From Gemmatimonadaceae bacterium (GTDB taxonomy: Bacteria; Gemmatimonadota; Gemmatimonadetes; Gemmatimonadales; Gemmatimonadaceae): a DNA stretch of 64,000 bases. Under the pieces are notes generated by a model. That model was given only the letters and a program-made list of their open reading frames with translations. It searched no databases and was not told the origin of the DNA. Position 1 is the stretch's first letter; each line of letters opens with the position of its first letter. The translations under genes and the position numbers were made by a program. Location: contig JBPCJJ010000062.1 in assembly GCA_051005405.1 (NCBI GenBank), positions 14,941 through 78,940 of the forward strand, given 5' to 3'. This document shows positions 8,531 through 16,625 of the stretch, piece by piece.

Positions 8531-9706
8531 TCAGCGGTCTCGCGGGGTGCCGGAGTCCGGTCGACCGCCGGGCTGAGAGGGAACAGCCGAGTCGCCCCCG
8601 CTTCCACCGCGGACCAGTAGCTCACGCAGGCCGCCCAGCGCCCCCATTACTCCAGCGGCTTCCACGGGCAGGAAGATCGTGGACCCCTTACCCTGCGCGA
8701 GCGAGGGCAGGGCCTCGAGGTACTTGACGCCAAGGAGGTAAACGGCAGCCTGGCCATCCGGGAGGGAGGCGGCCACGCGCTGCAGCGCTTCGGCTTCGGC
8801 GTTGGCCATCGCCAGCCGCGCTTCCGCGAGCCCCTGCGCGCGCAGAACCGACGCTTCTTTCTCACCCTCGGCGCGCCGGATCTGCGATTCGCGGACGCCT
8901 TCGGCTTCGAGGATCGCCGCGCGTTTTCCAGCTTCGGCGTTGGTCACGGCAGCGCGCCGCTCTCGCTCCGCGCGCATCTGTAGCTCCATCGACTGCTGGA
9001 TGTCGCGGGGTGGCTCGATCGCCTGGAGCTCGACGCGCGTGACGTCGACGCCCCATCCGATGGACGCTTCCTCGATTACTTCGCGCATGCGACGGTTGAT
9101 GACGTCGCGGCTCGCGAGCGTGGAGTCGAGCTCCATCTCGCCGACGATGTTTCGCAGGGTCGTGCGAGTCAGCGTCTCGAGCGCGTAAGGGAGGTTCTGC
9201 ACAGAGTACGTCGCCTTCTGCGGATCGGCGACGCGATAGTACAGCACTGCGTCGATGTCGATCGTGACGTTGTCCTTGGTGATTACCGGCTGGCTCGGGA
9301 AGTTGAGCACCTGCTCGCGCAGATCGATCCGCGATGTCGAGGAAATGGTCAGCGTGCTTCCGGACAATCCAGACTCGAGGTAACGCACGTCGAGCGTTTT
9401 CGGACGCTCGACGAACGGGATCAGCAGATTCAGACCCGAGCGCGCGACGCGATTGAAGCGGCCGAACCGCTCGATAACCATCACTTCTGCCTGGCCGATG
9501 ATCTTGACGGCTTTCGACAAGACCAGCAGCCCGAACGCGGCGAGCAGCGATAATACGATGGCTGAAACTAGAATGGCGCGCTCCGGAAGGGACGGCTGAA
9601 GTTTAGAGCCCCGCGCGGACGGCGGACAGACGGTACCACGCTGTTTCTGTTTATGGATTATGGTTTGCGCGGCCCTGATTAATCGAGCCGCGCAAACCAG
9701 ATCCAA
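8531..9706 (-). CDS. SPFH/band-7 (stomatin/prohibitin-like) membrane protein
   Basis: An N-terminal TM helix is followed by IIGQAEVMVIERFGRFNRVARSGLNLLIPF, then an Ala/Glu/Arg-rich coiled-coil half. The start is uncertain. The TTG at 9706 would place a perfect 13-bp hairpin (9661-9699) inside the gene, so the true start is probably downstream of 9661, but no canonical start codon is evident there. Confidence 0.75.
   Translation of the reverse strand: MDLVCAARLIRAAQTIIHKQKQRGTVCPPSARGSKLQPSLPERAILVSAIVLSLLAAFGLLVLSKAVKIIGQAEVMVIERFGRFNRVARSGLNLLIPFVERPKTLDVRYLESGLSGSTLTISSTSRIDLREQVLNFPSQPVITKDNVTIDIDAVLYYRVADPQKATYSVQNLPYALETLTRTTLRNIVGEMELDSTLASRDVINRRMREVIEEASIGWGVDVTRVELQAIEPPRDIQQSMELQMRAERERRAAVTNAEAGKRAAILEAEGVRESQIRRAEGEKEASVLRAQGLAEARLAMANAEAEALQRVAASLPDGQAAVYLLGVKYLEALPSLAQGKGSTIFLPVEAAGVMGALGGLRELLVRGGSGGDSAVPSQPGGRPDSGTPRDR
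9661..9699 (-). terminator. 39-bp palindrome/hairpin between ctp and the SPFH gene (possible terminator or protein-binding site)
   Basis: TGGTTTGCGCGGC (9661-9673) pairs perfectly with GCCGCGCAAACCA (9687-9699). The loop contains the inner palindrome GATTAATC. It lies 29 nt after the ctp stop. There is no clear U-tract. Confidence 0.4.
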
Positions 9707-9727
9707 AATCCACGAACCGCCCGCGGA

Positions 9728-11317
9728 TTATTCCTTCGGCGCCGCCGCTGTCGTCCGCGCCAGGGCGAACAGATCCGCCTGCGTCTGGCCTCTCTGAAGC
9801 AGCTCAATGGCCCGCTTCAGTTGAGTGTCCTCCGCGACCGAGCGGCGCCGCGCAGTGGAGTCGCCGAAGGCGACAACGGCAACCCGGTGGGCGAGTAGTC
9901 TGTCGATCTCCGAAGCGGCACCCTTGTACAACTCTTGATCGATCGTGATTCCGGCGGACTCAAGTCTCCTGCCCAGCTCGTGGCGCCACGCGGGCTGTAC
10001 GGTGAAATCGGGTCTGACCTGCGATTTGAGCTCGCGCGCGTAGTCGTACAGGGTCACCGTGAAAATCTGCGCCTTTGGGGCGAGCGCGTTAAAGAGCCGC
10101 TGTTCCGGCGTCGTGAGCGTGTCCGGTCGAACGATCACGTCCGGCGTGATGGCTCCGCCGCCATATACGATGCGTCCGGCGTCGGAGCGGAACTGCGGCT
10201 TTGCGCGGCGCGTGGCTTCGGTTTCGATCGAGTCAGGGGCGACTTCCACGAACTCGCCGTTCGGCAGGAGCTTGCGCTCCTTCTGAATGGACCGGCCGCT
10301 GGGCGTGAACCACTTCGCCGTCGTCATCTTGAGAGCGTATCCGCCGTTGAGCGGATACACGGTCTGCACCAAGCCTTTTCCGAACGAAGTCGTGCCCACG
10401 ATGAGCGCGCGGTCGTGATCCTGAAGCGCGCCGGCCACGATCTCGGACCCCGACGCCGATCCGCCGTTCTGTAGGATCACGAGCGGAAGGTCGGTGGTCA
10501 GCGGGCGCTCGCGCGCGACGAACGTCTGCGGGTCGGTGCCGCGCCCGCGCATGCTCGATATCTCCTGGCCTTGTCTGAGGAAGATGTTGCTGACCGTGAG
10601 GGCCTCGTCGAGAATGCCGCCGGGGTTTCCGCGCAGATCCACGATGATTCCTTTGGCGCCCTCTCTCATCAGCAGCTGCACAGCGGAGGACAACTCACTC
10701 GTTGCGGTCTCGTTGAACTGCAGCAGCGGGATGTAGCCGACCTTGTTCTCGAGCATGATCGCGTACGGCACGGCCGGGATGTGCACGATCGCGCGCGTAA
10801 ATCTGACCGGAATCGGCTCCGCGACGCCGGGTCGCTGGAACTGCACGGACACTCGCGTTCCCGGCGTGCCCTTGAGCGCGTCGGATACCTGCGTCGTGGT
10901 CCAACCACGCACCTGCATGGTGTCGATCACTGCGATGCGGTCGCCTTCCTGCACGCCTGCCCGCTCTGCGGGGGTGTGCGGGAACACCTTCTGAACAGTC
11001 ACGAAGCCCTGAACCGGGGCGATCTCCATCCCGATTCCGCCGTAACGTCCACCCGTGGTCGCGTTGAAGTTCGACAGCTCGCGAGGAGAGAGAAGCGTCG
11101 TGTACGGATCGTTGAGCTCGCGCACCAGCCCGGTTGCGGCCTTCTCGTATAGCTGGGCAGCGTTGAGCGTGTCCACGAATCTGTTGGACACGAGCTGCAT
11201 CACCTGCTCCAGCAGGCGTGCGTTTTCCAGGGATCCCTGGCTCTGTTGAACGAACGCGCCCGCGATCAGGGGGAGGACCAGCGCGGCAGCGATAAAGTGC
11301 CTTCGGAAGCGGCTCAT
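9728..11317 (-). CDS. S41 C-terminal processing (tail-specific) peptidase
   Basis: Signal peptide, a PDZ region (GGIGMEI ... PAERAGVQEGDRI) and the S41 core motifs DLRGNPGG and SASGSEIVAGAL. Confidence 0.9.
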   Translation of the reverse strand: MSRFRRHFIAAALVLPLIAGAFVQQSQGSLENARLLEQVMQLVSNRFVDTLNAAQLYEKAATGLVRELNDPYTTLLSPRELSNFNATTGGRYGGIGMEIAPVQGFVTVQKVFPHTPAERAGVQEGDRIAVIDTMQVRGWTTTQVSDALKGTPGTRVSVQFQRPGVAEPIPVRFTRAIVHIPAVPYAIMLENKVGYIPLLQFNETATSELSSAVQLLMREGAKGIIVDLRGNPGGILDEALTVSNIFLRQGQEISSMRGRGTDPQTFVARERPLTTDLPLVILQNGGSASGSEIVAGALQDHDRALIVGTTSFGKGLVQTVYPLNGGYALKMTTAKWFTPSGRSIQKERKLLPNGEFVEVAPDSIETEATRRAKPQFRSDAGRIVYGGGAITPDVIVRPDTLTTPEQRLFNALAPKAQIFTVTLYDYARELKSQVRPDFTVQPAWRHELGRRLESAGITIDQELYKGAASEIDRLLAHRVAVVAFGDSTARRRSVAEDTQLKRAIELLQRGQTQADLFALARTTAAAPKE

Positions 11318-11346
11318 TTTCTTCGATTGGGGTGTGGTCTTCTAAC

Positions 11347-12261
11347 CTAATGAGTACCGTCAGGCGCTGAGAGGGTTCCGGCGCGACCGGCGATGGTGTA
11401 GTCGACCACCCACTCGCGGCTGATCTGCCTGATTCGGATCTCCCGGGCGATTCCTGCAGCAAGCAGCATCTCGTGCGCCGGTTGCAGGACGCGCTGGAGG
11501 TGCGAAGGGAAACGCTGGGCGAGCGGGAGCTGCCCGGCCAGACTTTCCAGCGATACGCGCCAGGTGAGCTGACCTTCCGCCCGCGCGACCTCGAGAAGAC
11601 GATACAACCGTCGCGCCACGGGGCTGCTCAGGGCCAGGTAGTGCGCGGGGGAAAGAGAGATGGTATGCCTGGCGGCGATATTCGCCCGCAACAGGGGGGA
11701 GATGATAACCCTGGCCTCACCTGGCTCGGCTGATTCGAGCGCAGGGAAGAAGCTGAGCTGGTCGCGGTCGCTGAGGCGCCGGCGGTCGATGGATACCGCA
11801 GTGAGTAGTGTGAAGCCCCCATCCAGTAGCGTGTTGTCTCCGGCGACCAGGTATGCGCCGTTGGATTCGGCCGTGCTACGGCTAAGCCGCGCCAGCCCGG
11901 CGCGCAGCTGCTCATAGGTCCGGCCGTCCACGCGCCGGCCGATCGCGCGAAGAAAGGCATGAAGCGTGAAGGTGACAGTGCCGTCGGCCGGAAAGCCGGC
12001 CTCGTGATAGCGACGGAGCAGCTCTACGTAGATATCCTGATCGAAGGTCCCCGGGAGCCGGTCGCCGGGGCTCGGGAGCACGCGCCACCGTCCGCCTTTT
12101 GGCGGAGAGTAGCTTATCGCGGAGTCGTCGGCCGAGTCGCTGAGGCGGAAGAAGGGCAGCGCCTCGAACGACCGGTCGAGAACGATCGCCCGCGTGGCTG
12201 CTCGGTTGCGTGCTGCGACATTCATTAAGTCGAAACTGTTCTGATTCGTGACTGGGAGCAA
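11347..12261 (-). CDS. Replication initiator protein A (RPA/RepA)-like protein
   Basis: LPFFRLS ... GGRWRVLPSPG ... GTFDQDIYVELL ... VTFTLHAFLRAIGRRVDGRTYEQLRAGLARLSRS parallels, from memory, the conserved N-terminal layout of the plasmid RPA family (PFFSLSK ... W.EI.PS ... YD.DIL ... V.FT.YDLL ... GG..YE.L..AL.RL). The start is ambiguous (TTG 12261 or ATG 12225). Confidence 0.5.
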   Translation of the reverse strand: MLPVTNQNSFDLMNVAARNRAATRAIVLDRSFEALPFFRLSDSADDSAISYSPPKGGRWRVLPSPGDRLPGTFDQDIYVELLRRYHEAGFPADGTVTFTLHAFLRAIGRRVDGRTYEQLRAGLARLSRSTAESNGAYLVAGDNTLLDGGFTLLTAVSIDRRRLSDRDQLSFFPALESAEPGEARVIISPLLRANIAARHTISLSPAHYLALSSPVARRLYRLLEVARAEGQLTWRVSLESLAGQLPLAQRFPSHLQRVLQPAHEMLLAAGIAREIRIRQISREWVVDYTIAGRAGTLSAPDGTH

Positions 12262-12296
12262 GCGTTGGGACCTTCAGGCAAGCGGAGAAGCACCAA

Positions 12297-13595
12297 ATGA
12301 CGTTCTTCAAATACGGCGGATGGATTCTCCTGATCCTGATCCTGCTCGTTCTGATGCTCGTTGGAATTCTGTCGGTCACTCGCACGCACACGGTCAAACA
12401 CGTGATCGCCCAGGGCGACGACGGTGGGCCGCCGCACGTGCGCGACCCGCTCTTCTCCAAGACGGTCGAGCTGTACACGGGAACGCACATCGACGAGGGG
12501 AACTGGGTCGATATTCTTCTCGACGGAGAGGGAACGTACCCGCTGCTGTGGAACGATATCGCGTCGGCCAAGAACACGATCACCGTGCAGATGTACTTCT
12601 CCCAGCCCGGGGCGGTGGCCGATACGATGGCCCACTACCTCTCGGAGCGCGCGCGAGCGGGCGTGCGCGTCCTGCTGCTGCTGGACGCGTTCGGCTCGGG
12701 CGCCCTCAAGACGGAATGGGTCGAGCGCCTGGAGGCCGCGGGGGTCGAAGTTGCGTGGCTCCGGCCGTTGCATTGGTACACGCTGCACCAGGCAACGCAG
12801 CGATCGCATGCGAGAGTGGTCGTGGTGGACGGCGAAACCGGCTACACGGGCGGCTTCGGGCTTGCCGATTACTGGCTCGGCGACGGGCACACCGACGGCC
12901 AGTGGCGCGAGACGAACGTACGGTTTGGCGGCCCCACCGTTGCGTCGCTGCAGGCTGCGTTCGCGGCTGGGTGGGTTGAGGTTACCGGCGAGCTGATCAC
13001 GGGCGACATGTTCTTTCCCTGGCCGGCCCTCACTGAACGGGGCGACATCAACGCCGGCCTCATCCACACGATGCCGGGGGTCGGGAGCACGCCGGCCGAG
13101 CGATTTCTCTCGATCACTCTCGCCGGCGCGCGAAAGACGCTGTACATCGCGAACGCGTATTTCGTGCCCGACGACAATCTGAAGCGGCTTCTGATAGCGG
13201 CAGTGAAGCGCGGCGTGGACGTGCGGGTGCTCACCGTCGGTTCGAAGACTGACGTCAAGACGACGTGGTACGCCGGCCGCGCAATGTACGACGAGCTGCT
13301 GGAGGGGGGCGTGCGCATCTACGAGTACCAGCCTTCCATGATGCACGCGAAAACGATGGTCGTCGACAGCTACTGGTCGACTGTCGGCTCGATGAACTTC
13401 GACAACAGATCCATCGCATTTAACAACGAGACGAACATCGTCGTGCTGAACGAGGGGTTCGGGCAGCGGATGGATGGAATTTTCTTCGACGATCTGAAGT
13501 ATTCAAAGGAGATAACGCTCGAGGAATTCCGCAGCCGCCCGCTCACGGACAAGCTCCTGAGCTGGGGCGCCGAAAGACTGTGGCGGCTGCTGTAA
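12297..13595 (+). CDS. cls: Cardiolipin synthase / phospholipase D family
   Basis: An N-terminal TM helix (GGWILLILILLVLMLVGIL) and two HKD motifs (HARVVVVDGETGYTGG and HAKTMVVDSYWSTVGSMNFDNRS). Confidence 0.85.
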   Translation: MTFFKYGGWILLILILLVLMLVGILSVTRTHTVKHVIAQGDDGGPPHVRDPLFSKTVELYTGTHIDEGNWVDILLDGEGTYPLLWNDIASAKNTITVQMYFSQPGAVADTMAHYLSERARAGVRVLLLLDAFGSGALKTEWVERLEAAGVEVAWLRPLHWYTLHQATQRSHARVVVVDGETGYTGGFGLADYWLGDGHTDGQWRETNVRFGGPTVASLQAAFAAGWVEVTGELITGDMFFPWPALTERGDINAGLIHTMPGVGSTPAERFLSITLAGARKTLYIANAYFVPDDNLKRLLIAAVKRGVDVRVLTVGSKTDVKTTWYAGRAMYDELLEGGVRIYEYQPSMMHAKTMVVDSYWSTVGSMNFDNRSIAFNNETNIVVLNEGFGQRMDGIFFDDLKYSKEITLEEFRSRPLTDKLLSWGAERLWRLL

Positions 13596-13614
13596 CGCGA
13601 CCGCGGCATCGGTA

Positions 13615-13941
13615 TTGCCAACATCGTTCGCGAAACTTCTGGAGCAAGAGATGAAGAAAAGGAAGGCCGACGACATGATGTGGGCGATCGTCGCCGCGGG
13701 ATCAGCGATGCTGGCGGGTACGCTCGTTCAGAAGGGCTTGAACCGCGGCTGGCACGCGGTGACACACGAGGATCCGCCGAACGTGAAGGAGCTCCCGATC
13801 GAGCCGTGGAGGACGGCGGTGACTTTTACGCTCGTCTCGGCGATTACGGCCGGCCTGGCGACGCTGCTATCTCAGCGCGGCGCGGCGGCGGGGTGGGAGA
13901 AGGTGACTGGCGATCCGCCGATCCGCAGGCTGAAGCGGTAG
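13615..13941 (+). CDS. DUF4235-like small membrane protein
   Basis: The pattern A.GSAMLAG.L....L.RGW..VT.EDPP......W......L.SAI.AG.A....R..A.GW.K.TG.PP matches my recollection of DUF4235. The start could be an internal Met. Confidence 0.5.
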   Translation: MPTSFAKLLEQEMKKRKADDMMWAIVAAGSAMLAGTLVQKGLNRGWHAVTHEDPPNVKELPIEPWRTAVTFTLVSAITAGLATLLSQRGAAAGWEKVTGDPPIRRLKR

Positions 13942-13991
13942 AAGCAACCACGGCCTACGACCAGTCACCCATCCCTGTAGTTGACCTGTCG

Positions 13992-14540
13992 TTAATCCCT
14001 CACGTCCTCACGTCCCAGCGCGGCTCTCACCGCCTCCCGCATCGCAAGCAACGCATTCTCCCGCGCTGCGGACACGTCGGATCGCACGTGGATCTCCACA
14101 CCGTCCGTAACATCCACGCGCCGCCATGAGCGGGCCGGATCGTCGTCGCGCGCCACTGTCTCCGCCGTCCCCGCGCCGAGGGCGGGCGCGAGCGAAGTAG
14201 CAATCTTGCGCTCGAGCGCATCACCGGTGACGCCCGAGAATTCCTGCTTGATGGTCTCGAGGCTCTGACCTTCTCGCTGGCGGATCTTGATCGCCAGCAG
14301 CTGTAGCAGATGACGATAGCCATAAGTCGCCGCGGTGCCCGAGCCGTCGGGACGGTCCATCAGCCCACCCGCTACGTAGAACCGAACCGCTCGGGCCGTC
14401 GGCGCGGCGCGCGCTGAAGCGTTGGTCGGACGCAAGCCCGCAGCGTCGACCAGCGCGGTTACATGCGCGGCGAGTCCTCGCGCGTTCCAGGGAGCGTGCC
14501 GGGAGTGGGCGCGGAGGAGAGTGACTGGCGACTCAGCCAT
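13992..14540 (-). CDS. MerR-like helix-turn-helix protein
   Basis: ARAVRFYVAGGLMDRP resembles the MerR-family R.IRYY...GLL recognition region. The 5' end overlaps the upstream hydrolase gene by 82 nt, and no alternative in-frame start was found. Confidence 0.45.
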   Translation of the reverse strand: MAESPVTLLRAHSRHAPWNARGLAAHVTALVDAAGLRPTNASARAAPTARAVRFYVAGGLMDRPDGSGTAATYGYRHLLQLLAIKIRQREGQSLETIKQEFSGVTGDALERKIATSLAPALGAGTAETVARDDDPARSWRRVDVTDGVEIHVRSDVSAARENALLAMREAVRAALGREDVRD

Positions 14541-15487
14541 GCTGAAACGATAACATTGAAATCCTCGGCACGTTCATCGTGCGGCAGGTCTCCAGCGGGA
14601 GATAAGACAGTGAGCTCGATAGCGGGCTGAATTGAGCGGTAGCGCGTCGCTTCGTCCAGAGGCGCTTCCGTGCTATCGCTGCCCCATACGAGCAGGGTGG
14701 GCTGCATGAGGCGGCGAACGGCGCGGGTAACGTCGATATTGAGCTGCCCCGCGAGCTCGGCCGCGAGCGCGTGACGCGCGCCGCGCTGGTGCGTGGTAGC
14801 GTGCGCGACGCGCACGAGCTCAGGCGTCACGACGGTTCCGTCCGAATATTTCTTGCGGAGATGCGCGCGCAGCGCCCGCGACGAGACCATCGCGTTGAAC
14901 GCGGCTGTTCCCAGCACGGGAGAGTCGAGCGCGAGCCTGCCGGCGTCCAGCGCCACGCTACCGGTTTCGGTAAGACGCACCAGCCCGGAGGGGGCGATGA
15001 TCACCAGTCCCGGGAACCGTTGCGGGTCGCGCGCGCCGAGCACCAGCGCGTAGGCTGCGGAGAGGGCGGAAGCCACGAGCACGCACGGCGAGCCGATCAC
15101 CTGCGCCGCGAAATCAGAAATCAGCGAGATGTACAGGCGCGCCGAGTAGCGCGTCGCGGGCCGGTCGGACCGACCGAAGCCGAGCAGATCGATCGTGTAC
15201 ACCGTGTTCGTGCGGGCGAGGTGGTCCACGTTGTTGCGCCACTCGTACGACCACGCCGCGGGATAAATTCCATGCACGAGCAGGAGCGGCGGCCCGCTTC
15301 CGCGCTTCGTGAATGCGATGCGGCGGCCGCGCCAGCTGAACCCGCCCTCCTCGCCGCCGATCAGGTTCGTGAGGCGGTCCACTCCCTTTCGCGCGAACGC
15401 ATTGAACAGCGCCGCGGCTCCGACGATCGCGCCGCCGGAGAGGAGCAGTTTCTTGAGCCTGTCGTTGCCGCTGCTGTCTTCGTTCAT
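14459..15487 (-). CDS. Alpha/beta-fold hydrolase
   Basis: PPLLLVHGI (oxyanion region), a nucleophile-elbow-like VLVASALSAAY, and a C-terminal GDLPHDE His region. An N-terminal hydrophobic segment is present. Confidence 0.75.
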   Translation of the reverse strand: MNEDSSGNDRLKKLLLSGGAIVGAAALFNAFARKGVDRLTNLIGGEEGGFSWRGRRIAFTKRGSGPPLLLVHGIYPAAWSYEWRNNVDHLARTNTVYTIDLLGFGRSDRPATRYSARLYISLISDFAAQVIGSPCVLVASALSAAYALVLGARDPQRFPGLVIIAPSGLVRLTETGSVALDAGRLALDSPVLGTAAFNAMVSSRALRAHLRKKYSDGTVVTPELVRVAHATTHQRGARHALAAELAGQLNIDVTRAVRRLMQPTLLVWGSDSTEAPLDEATRYRSIQPAIELTVLSPAGDLPHDERAEDFNVIVSAWLSRQSLSSAPTPGTLPGTREDSPRM

Positions 15488-15493
15488 ATACGG

Positions 15494-16465
15494 TCAGCGG
15501 CGGGCTGCTCTCCCCGTTGCGCGACGCTGGCTCGCGGACTTGCCCGCGCTCCGGCCGCCGCCGCCAGCGCGACCGCGGCTCGCCTTGGCTCCACGGCCGC
15601 CAGCCGTGGAAGCGCGACCGCTGCCGCGGGCAGATGATCCGCGGCTGGCTGCCCTGCGGGCGCCAGCGGCGCCTTTCTTCGCAACGCCTTTCTTCGCAAC
15701 GCCTTTCTTGGCGCTGCCCTTGCGCGGCGCGACCTTCTTGCCGCGCGCGCCCGACGCGGCGCTCTTTGACTTCGCGCCACGGCTGCCGCCCGAGGCCTTC
15801 GAGCCGCCGCGCGCCGACTTCTTTTTCGCGCTAGTCGAACCAGACTTGCTCGCAGTCTTCATGGGCTTTTTTGCGGCCGCCTTTTTCGCAGCCGGCTTTT
15901 TCGCAGCCGGCTTTTTCACGCCCTTGGCGGGCTTCGCGGTCGAGCCGCCGCCAGCCGGTCGCGATGTCTTGCCCGGTCCGCCGGTGTTCGCGCGCGACGC
16001 AGTGGCCCCGCTGGAGCTGGTTCGCCCGCCCGTGCCGGTTGCCGGCGCCATGCCCGTGGCAGCGCCGGTGTTCTGGGCCGAGCCCGGGGTCGAGGGGGTC
16101 CCGGTCAAGCCCGTCAGGTCACCGGTCTCGAAGATGCTCGGCTCGATGGGCGCGGCCGGTTTGACGCTCTTCGGCCTGCCGCGGCGTCGAGGCGCAGTCG
16201 CGGCGAAGAGGTCCGCCTCCTCGTCCTCGTCCTCGGTTACTTCCGGGGTGACGCCAGGCTCCTCGTCATCGTCGTCGTGGTCCTCGGCGCTGTCCCACAG
16301 GCTTTCGGTGTGGTCCTTGTTGAGCGCCCAGCCACTTCCGTCTTCGTCCTCGTCCTCATCGTAGGACGCGCCCCGGCCACCGCCACCGTAGCTGGGAACA
16401 TCGTCGCCCTCTTCGTCTCGATCGGCGAAGCTGAGACCCCGCTCGAGCCCGTCTCTCCCCGGCAT
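15494..16465 (-). CDS. Bipolar low-complexity protein: acidic N-terminal third, Lys/Ala/Gly/Arg-rich histone-H1/AlgP-like C-terminal two-thirds
   Basis: 323 aa. The N-terminus is rich in D/E runs (DEDEDEDG, DHDDDDEE, EDEDEE). The C-terminus contains KKPAAKKPAAKKAAAKKP and KKGVAKKGVAKKGAAG pentapeptide repeats. The antisense 351-aa ORF is a shadow. Confidence 0.6.
   Translation of the reverse strand: MPGRDGLERGLSFADRDEEGDDVPSYGGGGRGASYDEDEDEDGSGWALNKDHTESLWDSAEDHDDDDEEPGVTPEVTEDEDEEADLFAATAPRRRGRPKSVKPAAPIEPSIFETGDLTGLTGTPSTPGSAQNTGAATGMAPATGTGGRTSSSGATASRANTGGPGKTSRPAGGGSTAKPAKGVKKPAAKKPAAKKAAAKKPMKTASKSGSTSAKKKSARGGSKASGGSRGAKSKSAASGARGKKVAPRKGSAKKGVAKKGVAKKGAAGARRAASRGSSARGSGRASTAGGRGAKASRGRAGGGGRSAGKSASQRRATGRAARR
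15671..15715 (-). repeat. 3 x 15-bp in-frame tandem repeat (AKKGV pentapeptides)
   Basis: Plus strand: gcctttcttcgcaac, gcctttcttcgcaac, gcctttcttggcgct. Confidence 0.85.
15874..15918 (-). repeat. 3 x 15-bp in-frame tandem repeat (KKPAA pentapeptides)
   Basis: Plus strand: cggccgcctttttcg, cagccggctttttcg, cagccggctttttca. Confidence 0.85.
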
Positions 16466-16625
16466 GCCGCCTCCTTATCTGTAAAGCTGCTTGACCACCG
16501 TCAGAACCGGTGGAGCGCGTCGCTGTGGCCTGCACGACCTGTGCCCTGTCCGAATCACAATACTCGTGCGCTCACACCCATGACATCGGAATACAACAGG
16601 CGGGTCGGAACGTCAAGCGGTGATG

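Noticed and set aside
12225-13346. A 373-aa minus-strand ORF overlapping the cardiolipin synthase gene
   Set aside because: It is antisense to a gene with two clear HKD motifs. The product is an Arg/His/Val-rich low-information sequence, typical of a high-GC shadow ORF.
15309-16364. A 351-aa plus-strand ORF (Pro/Ala/Phe-rich) opposite the H1/AlgP-like gene
   Set aside because: It is the mirror image of the Lys/Ala repeat gene, because AAG/GCC codons read as CTT/GGC on the other strand. The minus-strand frame has a coherent acidic and basic domain organisation and sits in an operon-like array with its neighbours.
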